Source: a virus
Length of the DNA: 64,000 nucleotides
Virus record (IMG/VR): IMGVR_UViG_3300028029_000006
Span: 1 to 64,000 of that record
Strand: one strand, 5' to 3'
Both the position numbers and the translations under genes were made by a program. This document shows, piece by piece, positions 56,987 through 64,000 of the stretch (position 1 is its first letter; each line of letters starts with the position of its first letter). A model generated the notes under the pieces. The model saw nothing but the letters and a program-made list of their open reading frames with translations, made no database searches and had not been told where the DNA came from.

Positions 56987-59629
56987 ATGGCAATTCAAGA
57001 CGATATTACAATAGATGTAGTTAATAAAAAAATAACCTATACTGGCGGATTTACTGACGACCGACCTAACAGCATCTATACTGTTAACGCATTGTACAGT
57101 TTTCTCCAGGATACTTTCGATGAACCAGGATTCATGCAGCATTCAATACCAATGACTGCTCAGACTCCTACTCAGTATTCACTGATTAATATCTGGTTCA
57201 TGGATCCAGAAACTATGAAAGCTCTTTATGGGGGATCAATTCAAACAACCGATTGGACTAAGAATGGTTCAGTAGGAATTACCGCAATGAGATTTGATAG
57301 TGGATCCGCAGATGCTCCAACAAGTGGTGATTTAGGCGTAACTGTTACGGGTGGTACTTCTACAGCAACTGGAGTCCTTCTATTTGTTGATGTTTCTCCC
57401 TCACAAAATGGTACTGCTTCCAGAGACGTTGCTTGGGTTAGAAATTCCTCAGCCGCTCAATTCCAGGATACTGAAAATATTACTGGAACTGGAGTTGTTT
57501 GGGATAATGAAGGAAATACAGGGTTCCAATCTGGAGAAAATATTTGGGTTAACCTTTTTAGCGTTGGTTCCAAATCTGCTACTACAGAGGTTTATGTAGG
57601 GCAAGAAGATGATTACATGGGCGGAAGAGCTTTTCATGATGGAGCCCTTACTAGTGCGGATATTTTAGATAGAAGAGTTGAAAAAATTGATGAATGGTGG
57701 GATACAGATGTTGACTTCGCTTCAGGATCACCCAACCTTTTAGGTGGTGTTGACCATTTCGATATCTTAATGCTTACTCAAGAGGCTGGGAGATTGATTG
57801 ATTCTGGTGACTTATTTGTTGGGGCGCGCCAATTTGGAACCATCTATAGTAACTTCCGCCTTACCGCCTCAACTGCTGGTAATTTCGTCGTGCCCTTCGC
57901 ATCCACTGGAAATGATCTTAACTCAGCCGAAGGTCCATATAACTCAACATTTACAGGTAGATCTGGAAATGATCTTGAAGTTGGCGATATTCTCGTTAAT
58001 GATGGCGCCCCAGCAGGGCGTTTAAGAGCAGTTGTAACAGCTGTAACTGGAGGCGCCAGTGCAACTGGTAACTTTGATTACTACTTAATTGGAGAAAACG
58101 AAGATTTAGCAACTACTGATAGAACTCTTAATCAATTAACAGCAGCTGAAGTTTTAGATGTTCGAGGCGATACAACTACTTTCACAGTTGGTACTGTTAC
58201 TGAAGTAACTAATGGTCCAGCACAAGCTCAAGGTATTACTATTACATTTGCGAATGCGCAAAGAGATGTTAACGAAGATTCAACAGATGAAGAATATTCT
58301 TGTGTAATTGATTGTAACAATGTTGTATTACAAGACGTTTATCAGTATATTCAATTTCTAACATCTCGTGGTAATCAGGACGGAAGCACTCCAGATACAC
58401 AAGATACTTTAATTCCACTTACAAATGTAGCTGTTGATGAAGCAGGGGAATTTTACAGATCAGTTGGTGATATTACCGTTCCTTGGAATTCTAGAACAGG
58501 TACAGCTCCAGCAGAAGGTGTTTTAGTTACTAACGCAAACACTAGTTGGACAGCTTCTGGAATCGTTGTATCTTTATCAGATCCGACTGGATCAACAGGT
58601 CAGTTAACTTTGACTCAAGTAAAAGGAACTTGGGCAAACTCAGATACTGTAGCTATTGCTGGTAACCACGCAACAAACTTTGTTACTATTAACGGATCTC
58701 CAAGTTCAATTACTGCTAATACGGGTGCTCCTTTTGGATCATTCGCTGGTGGACGTTGGTTCGTTACCAGAGGAGTTGTACTAGATAATGTTCCTACCAG
58801 TGATGCTAATAATTGGCAGACAGTTGATTTATCTGGTAGCATCGTTACTCCACCTACTCAAAGAGCAATCACATTTGCAGGCTTAGTAGCAAATGATCGG
58901 GCTTCTTTATTTGAAGTTAATGTAGCTGGCACAGATCAAATCACCAAAGCTCAAAATGGAGTTGGGGCTGCTGGAGCTTCTGCTGGAGATTCAGCAATCC
59001 CACTTGACAGCAATGTTGCTTTGGATGTTCCTGCTACTGATAGCTGGGTTAGGGTTGTAGACACCTCTAGCGCTACTGGTGAGGAGTATAGGTTCTACTT
59101 TACCTCTGTTACTACATTAACCGTAACTCTTGATTCTGGAGCTAACACAGCCGGAACAGCTACATCATTAGGATCTGGAACTGTATTAAATGATACTGGA
59201 GCTTTTACAGCCTATGGAGCTAATGCAAGCGTTAGAACAGGTATGGAAATTAGAAATACTACAGATGGCTCTAGAGCGGTTGTATTAAGAAAAATTGATA
59301 ATGATTCAATCGAGACAACTCCTCTCTCTGGAGGAACTGATGATACTTGGTCGTCTTCGGATGTTTGGGATGCAAATAGAGTGGTGGTGGCACTTGTAGA
59401 CGCGGATACAATATATTTCCCCTATATCGATGATGAGAGTACGGGTTCATCCCTAACTGCTTTGATTAAATATGTGTCGGATACAGACCTAATTGCCAGG
59501 ATGAGGTTCTCAGACCCCGATGTTGGGGGAACAAGGATCCTACCTTTTCAGCAACTGAGTATTTCGCTAATAGACGCAGATCTAACGGTCACAGCTATTA
59601 GGACAGCAGATAGCATCGCAACTCCTTGA
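56987..59629 (+). CDS. Large tail/structural protein (880 aa)
   Basis: SD ggag; YTVNALYSFLQD N-terminus; Gly/Thr-rich. Confidence 0.55.
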   Translation: MAIQDDITIDVVNKKITYTGGFTDDRPNSIYTVNALYSFLQDTFDEPGFMQHSIPMTAQTPTQYSLINIWFMDPETMKALYGGSIQTTDWTKNGSVGITAMRFDSGSADAPTSGDLGVTVTGGTSTATGVLLFVDVSPSQNGTASRDVAWVRNSSAAQFQDTENITGTGVVWDNEGNTGFQSGENIWVNLFSVGSKSATTEVYVGQEDDYMGGRAFHDGALTSADILDRRVEKIDEWWDTDVDFASGSPNLLGGVDHFDILMLTQEAGRLIDSGDLFVGARQFGTIYSNFRLTASTAGNFVVPFASTGNDLNSAEGPYNSTFTGRSGNDLEVGDILVNDGAPAGRLRAVVTAVTGGASATGNFDYYLIGENEDLATTDRTLNQLTAAEVLDVRGDTTTFTVGTVTEVTNGPAQAQGITITFANAQRDVNEDSTDEEYSCVIDCNNVVLQDVYQYIQFLTSRGNQDGSTPDTQDTLIPLTNVAVDEAGEFYRSVGDITVPWNSRTGTAPAEGVLVTNANTSWTASGIVVSLSDPTGSTGQLTLTQVKGTWANSDTVAIAGNHATNFVTINGSPSSITANTGAPFGSFAGGRWFVTRGVVLDNVPTSDANNWQTVDLSGSIVTPPTQRAITFAGLVANDRASLFEVNVAGTDQITKAQNGVGAAGASAGDSAIPLDSNVALDVPATDSWVRVVDTSSATGEEYRFYFTSVTTLTVTLDSGANTAGTATSLGSGTVLNDTGAFTAYGANASVRTGMEIRNTTDGSRAVVLRKIDNDSIETTPLSGGTDDTWSSSDVWDANRVVVALVDADTIYFPYIDDESTGSSLTALIKYVSDTDLIARMRFSDPDVGGTRILPFQQLSISLIDADLTVTAIRTADSIATP

Positions 59630-59655
59630 TATCATTGAGTTAGAGGAATTTAAGA

Positions 59656-59750
59656 CTGTTTGGGCTCACTTTTTTGCTCTGTTTAGGTTCATTTGGTTCA
59701 GAAGTGACCCCAAACAGATTCAGTGAACCCAAACACATGAGCCCAAACAG
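59656..59750. repeat. Inverted array of 13-bp repeats TGANCC(C/T)AAACA(G/C)
   Basis: Minus-strand copies at 59656, 59679 and partial 59692; plus-strand copies at 59705, 59724, 59738. Confidence 0.85.
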
Positions 59751-59757
59751 ATAAATT

Positions 59758-59785
59758 AAAACCTACCATTTGGTAGGTTTTTTTT
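59758..59785 (+). terminator. Rho-independent terminator
   Basis: aaaacctacca-tt-tggtagg followed by T-run. Confidence 0.85.
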
Positions 59786-59814
59786 ATTTGTATTCGAGTT
59801 GGTCTTGATCAGCA

Positions 59815-59836
59815 CTCCTTCTTTTATTAGAAGGAG
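59815..59836 (+). promoter_or_regulatory. Hairpin sequestering the SD of the downstream endonuclease
   Basis: ctccttct-tttatt-agaaggag, 9 nt before TTG 59846. Confidence 0.6.
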
Positions 59837-59845
59837 ATTACGAAT

Positions 59846-61408
59846 TTGAATAACCTAACAGAAAAAGAAGAAGTAAAAATAAAAAAAATGTTTGAGCAAG
59901 GATTTGTGGCGTCAGATATTAGTTATAAATTAAAATTAAAACCAATGTCAGTTAAAACTTTTATTAAAGAAAATAATATAACAATAAAAAAAGAAAAATT
60001 TAACGAAGAATTAATTATTAAATTATATAAATTAAAAATATCAATTAATAATATTAGTTTAAAATTTTCATCTACCCCAAGAACTGTCAAAAAAATTATT
60101 TTAAAAAGTGGATTAGTTTTAAGAGATAGAGTAAGTGTTGAAGACTGCCGTAAATTAGCTATTAATAGAGGTGGAATTTTTCTTAGTGATAAATATATAA
60201 CTGCAAGAACTAATTATTTATGGGAATGTGATAAAAAGCATCAATGGGAAGCTCTTTATTCAAAAGTAAGGGGTGGGACTTGGTGCCCTACTTGTAATAC
60301 TCCTACAATTTTAACATTAGAAGATTGCCATTTGGCTGCTAAGAAAAAAGGAGGCGAATTTCTTAGTGAAAAATATATTAATATAAAAATAAAATACAAA
60401 TGGAAATGTGCTAAAAATCATATTTGGGAATCCGCTTTTGTAAACATAAAAAGTGGATCTTGGTGCCCTGAATGTGCGGGTAATAAAAAAGGTAATATTG
60501 AAGATTGTTATAAATTAGCTAAAAGTAAAGGTGGCTATTGCTTGGATGAAGTTTACTATAACAATGGTTATTTATATACCTGGAAATGTGAATTTAATCA
60601 TGTTTGGAAAGAAAGTTATTCAAACACAAAATCATGGAAATGGTGCCCTGAGTGTTTTCCTAGTAATAGATTGACTATTGAAGATTGTCAACAAACTGCA
60701 AAAGAAAAAGGAGGTTATTGTTTAAATAAAAAATACACCACAAATCGTGAAAAACTTAAATGGAAATGTAAAAAAAATCATATTTGGGAAGCTACTTATA
60801 TGAACATAAGAAAAAATAGTTGGTGTCCATATTGTTCTAATAGAGCTGGAGTAACAATTCAAGCATGTATAAATGTAGCAAAAGAAAAAGATGGTTACTG
60901 TTTAAGTTCTAAATACACAAGGTGTGGAGATGAATATGAGTGGAAATGTCATAAAAATCACATTTGGAAAGCTTCATTAAATTCAATAAAAGGCGGTAGT
61001 TGGTGTCCGCTTTGTAAAACTAAAACACAAGCACGCATTTTTTCTATAATTAAAAATATGTTTCCTTTACTTGAAGTTAAAAATAATTATAAAGGTTTTG
61101 ATTGGTTTCTTTCAGAAAAAGGCAATAGGTTAGAAATAGATATTTTTGTAGCTGGAATAAAGTTAGCGATTGAATATGATGGGGAACAGCATTTTTTACC
61201 TGTTAAATTTAATAATTATTCAGATGAAAAAGCTAAAAAGAATCTAGAAAACCAAATAATAAGAGATAAAATCAAGAATCAGCAAATTTCCGAGCATCCA
61301 GAAGATGTAAAATGTTTTATTAGATTTAATTATAAAGAGAAAACAACTGAAGATTATGTAAGAGATAAGGTTTTGAAAGCATTAAAAGAAGTAAATATAA
61401 CGCATTAG
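59846..61408 (+). CDS. Homing-type endonuclease: five Zn-ribbon repeats plus PD-(D/E)XK-like nuclease
   Basis: WxCxxxHxW..WCPxC five times; LEIDIF..LAIEYDGEQH. Confidence 0.75.
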   Translation: MNNLTEKEEVKIKKMFEQGFVASDISYKLKLKPMSVKTFIKENNITIKKEKFNEELIIKLYKLKISINNISLKFSSTPRTVKKIILKSGLVLRDRVSVEDCRKLAINRGGIFLSDKYITARTNYLWECDKKHQWEALYSKVRGGTWCPTCNTPTILTLEDCHLAAKKKGGEFLSEKYINIKIKYKWKCAKNHIWESAFVNIKSGSWCPECAGNKKGNIEDCYKLAKSKGGYCLDEVYYNNGYLYTWKCEFNHVWKESYSNTKSWKWCPECFPSNRLTIEDCQQTAKEKGGYCLNKKYTTNREKLKWKCKKNHIWEATYMNIRKNSWCPYCSNRAGVTIQACINVAKEKDGYCLSSKYTRCGDEYEWKCHKNHIWKASLNSIKGGSWCPLCKTKTQARIFSIIKNMFPLLEVKNNYKGFDWFLSEKGNRLEIDIFVAGIKLAIEYDGEQHFLPVKFNNYSDEKAKKNLENQIIRDKIKNQQISEHPEDVKCFIRFNYKEKTTEDYVRDKVLKALKEVNITH

Positions 61409-61428
61409 TATGAGGTTATATAATAATT

Positions 61429-61860
61429 ATGGTAGAAAAGCAAGGAAAAGTAACTGGTTTTAAGATTGAAGCAACCAGACCTGAAGATTCAATTGCATTT
61501 ATTGCGATTGAGTTATCTGGTTGTTTGCAGGAAGAGATGAATGCAAAAGGAGATGCTAAGGAGTTTGGAGAACAAGCTGTTAGAGAACGTCAGAAGGCAA
61601 AAAACTTTAGTAATTTAATGATCACATTAGGTGAATATAACCGTAAGAAGGAGAAAGCATTAAAAGCTGGTGAAGTTCGAAAGGTAAGCCGTATGGAACC
61701 TATGGAAACATATGATATGGTTGAGATTAAGAAAGAGAGATTAATCATGTTAGAGCGAGCTACTGAATTAGATGAGAAGGTAATTTTTCATTTAGATATT
61801 GCTGACGAAGCAAGAAAGAAGTCTGTAGAGTTGCAGAAAAAACTATTAAAAGCTAAATAA
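61429..61860 (+). CDS. Hypothetical charged helical protein
   Basis: ORF track; GTTATATA 14 nt upstream. Confidence 0.5.
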   Translation: MVEKQGKVTGFKIEATRPEDSIAFIAIELSGCLQEEMNAKGDAKEFGEQAVRERQKAKNFSNLMITLGEYNRKKEKALKAGEVRKVSRMEPMETYDMVEIKKERLIMLERATELDEKVIFHLDIADEARKKSVELQKKLLKAK

Positions 61861-61878
61861 TATATTTTGAGGAAGTAA

Positions 61879-64000
61879 ATGGCGATCATAGATAATGTTA
61901 TTGTTAGGTGGGATTTATCTCCGCGTTTAATTGTAATACCTATTCCCATTACCGAGGTTACGGTTCAGTCACTTCATGATACATTAAAAGAGATTGAGTC
62001 AAGGCCAGGCAATATGATTTACCCAATTTTAATTACCACAACCGGTAAGGAAGATTTGGGTGGAGGTGTTTCTGTAGGATTAACCGCAACGTTGCAAAAT
62101 GCTCAAGTATCTTTTGAAGCTAGGTATCCTAGAACATCAATTGGAGTATCAACAACAGCAGCATCTTCAGACGGTATTCTTTTAACAGACACTGGAGCTA
62201 CATTTATTTCAGATGGAGTTATTAGAGGTGCAACTATAACTAACTTTGATGAGCAAGCATATGCAACGGTAGTAGATATAATTTCAGAGACTGTTATTAG
62301 GCATGATCCTTTACAGGACGGTATTAATAATGATTGGGAGATTGGTGATACTTACAAAGTTCACAATGAGATTCAGTGTGAAGTAACTGGAGGTAATTTA
62401 GTTGCAGTTGATGATTTAATTGTAAGCATTGATCCAATTTCACCTACTGCATTTGTACAGATTGTAAGGACATCAGCATCATCATCAACTAATCAGAACT
62501 CATTAGATATTGAGTATGCGAGTTTTGGTGGTGGAGTTAGTGTAGATATTAATAATTTCACTGGTTTGTCTTCTTCTGGCACTAATTTTCCGGCTGGCAC
62601 CCCTCGACAGCCATGTAATAATTTTGAAGATGCTTTAGAAATTTTAAATACACGAGGCTTTACAATATTATTTATAGGCGCTGGAACTACTTTAATTGAC
62701 TCTGGATTAACTTATATAGGGATTACATTTATAGGATCATCAAAAACAAAAAGTAATTTTGAAATTTCTTCTGACGCAATTACAATTGGTTGTGAGTTTG
62801 AGGATGCTACTATTACTGGAACTTTGGATGGTTATTCAGTTTTGAAAAATAGTTTATTGGATGATATTAACTTTGTTGATGGTTTTGTTGAAGATTGTGT
62901 TTTACGAGGTACGATTATTTTAAGCGGTTTAAATCAAGCTAGTTTTTTACATTGTTCTAGTGCTATAGCTGGTTCTAATTCTCCTACCATTGATATGGGA
63001 GGGTCTGGAAGTAATTTAATTTTACGAGATTATAATGGTGGTATTAAATTAATAAATAAGAGTGGTATTGAAAATGTCAGTATTGATATGAATTCGGGGC
63101 ACGTGAATTTGGATTCAACTATTACTAATGGAACTTTAACTATAAGAGGAATTGGTAAGTTAACTGATAACAGTGGTGTTGGAGCTATTGTACAGGCTAT
63201 TGATTTGATTGAAGGTATTAAGATTCAACGTTTAGCTTATGAGAGTAGTATTCATATTAACTCTCAAATAGGAATTGCTGGAATTACAGCAGGTGTTAAT
63301 GGTTTACCATCAAATCCATCTAATAATATCCAAGATTCTTTTATATTAGCCGATACATTAGGTTTAAACTCGTTTAATATTTTAGCATCCCTATCTTTAG
63401 ATAGGGATATTTCTAATTGGAAAATTAAAAGTGATGGTTTAGGTTTTTTAACTTTTGATGGATACTCAGCTGACTCTTCCACATTTAGTAATATGATTTT
63501 AAGTGGGGAAATTGGTGTGGGAAGTTCTTCTGCCGTATCAAGTTTAATAACTGATAATTGCGATTTAATTAATATAACTCAGTTTAAAGGGGTTTGTTCA
63601 AATATACAATTAGCTGGTACAGTTAGTTTAAACCCAAATGTCGCAACATTAATATCAAATTTGGCTACCGATGAAAGATCTTTACCGTTTTCAATACCAT
63701 TAAGTATGACTGAATCTATTATAATATCTGAGCCCCCAACATTGGATGTTAATGGTGGTGAAATAACTATTCAAGGTTTAGATGGTTATTTAATTGTAGA
63801 TAATGTAAATGTTTCAAGTTCATTATGTGTAATTAGTATGAATTCTGCCGAAGTATTTATATCACCATCATGTACTGATGGTGATATTATAATCAGAGGA
63901 ACAGGTAATGTTACCAATGCTGGTTCATCTAATTTAAACATATCAGGCAATTTAAATGTTAATGAAATATCATCAGATATATTTAATAAATTATTCCCAT
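61879..64000 (+). CDS. Large tail/structural protein, 3'-truncated (absent from ORF track)
   Basis: SD gagga, ATG 61879 (MAIIDNVIVRWDLSPRLIVIP..GKEDLGGGVSVGLT); no stop to window end, at least 707 aa. Confidence 0.8.
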   Translation, partial: MAIIDNVIVRWDLSPRLIVIPIPITEVTVQSLHDTLKEIESRPGNMIYPILITTTGKEDLGGGVSVGLTATLQNAQVSFEARYPRTSIGVSTTAASSDGILLTDTGATFISDGVIRGATITNFDEQAYATVVDIISETVIRHDPLQDGINNDWEIGDTYKVHNEIQCEVTGGNLVAVDDLIVSIDPISPTAFVQIVRTSASSSTNQNSLDIEYASFGGGVSVDINNFTGLSSSGTNFPAGTPRQPCNNFEDALEILNTRGFTILFIGAGTTLIDSGLTYIGITFIGSSKTKSNFEISSDAITIGCEFEDATITGTLDGYSVLKNSLLDDINFVDGFVEDCVLRGTIILSGLNQASFLHCSSAIAGSNSPTIDMGGSGSNLILRDYNGGIKLINKSGIENVSIDMNSGHVNLDSTITNGTLTIRGIGKLTDNSGVGAIVQAIDLIEGIKIQRLAYESSIHINSQIGIAGITAGVNGLPSNPSNNIQDSFILADTLGLNSFNILASLSLDRDISNWKIKSDGLGFLTFDGYSADSSTFSNMILSGEIGVGSSSAVSSLITDNCDLINITQFKGVCSNIQLAGTVSLNPNVATLISNLATDERSLPFSIPLSMTESIIISEPPTLDVNGGEITIQGLDGYLIVDNVNVSSSLCVISMNSAEVFISPSCTDGDIIIRGTGNVTNAGSSNLNISGNLNVNEISSDIFNKLFP

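Noticed and set aside
59656-59750. Mini-CRISPR array
   Set aside because: Repeats are 13 bp, in both orientations, with gaps of 10 nt or less.
1-64000. Alternative genetic code (TAG or TGA reassigned)
   Set aside because: Long ORFs are intact and densely packed in code 11; TAG and TGA end genes at sensible places; only one TGA falls at a Trp position.
1-64000. tRNA or rRNA genes
   Set aside because: No cloverleaf or T-loop pattern recognised in the short intergenic gaps; a tRNA scan would be needed to exclude them fully.

Overview
AT-rich segment of a large tailed-phage (jumbo-like) genome in standard code 11, almost all on the + strand. It runs from the 3' end of a DnaG-type primase through a ~45 kb head-morphogenesis region into tail/fibre-like genes. 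The head region has a lambda gpA-like large terminase with a class-3 mini-intein, PhoH, portal, a prohead protease-scaffold fusion, three capsid-decoration-like paralogs, and a major capsid gene split by a group I intron (36894-38019; junctions fixed by P1/P10 pairing). Homing-type endonucleases are abundant: 4 LAGLIDADG, 1 HNH and 2 Zn-repeat nucleases. Most interesting observations: (1) an apparent head-cargo addressing and maturation code, made of recurrent K-x-A motifs plus two small modules shared among the scaffold and otherwise unrelated head-region proteins, in a cluster that also encodes a CCA-like nucleotidyltransferase, a GH73 hydrolase and a tyrosine phosphatase; (2) a 1110-aa protein of six capped modules of a 23-aa Trp repeat with hypervariable positions, lying between two methyltransferases, plus a TGA-interrupted paralog; (3) an inverted iteron-like array at 59.7 kb near an apparent GC-skew switch; (4) two candidate promoter classes. 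All family assignments come from motif recognition by eye; no database searches or computations were run.
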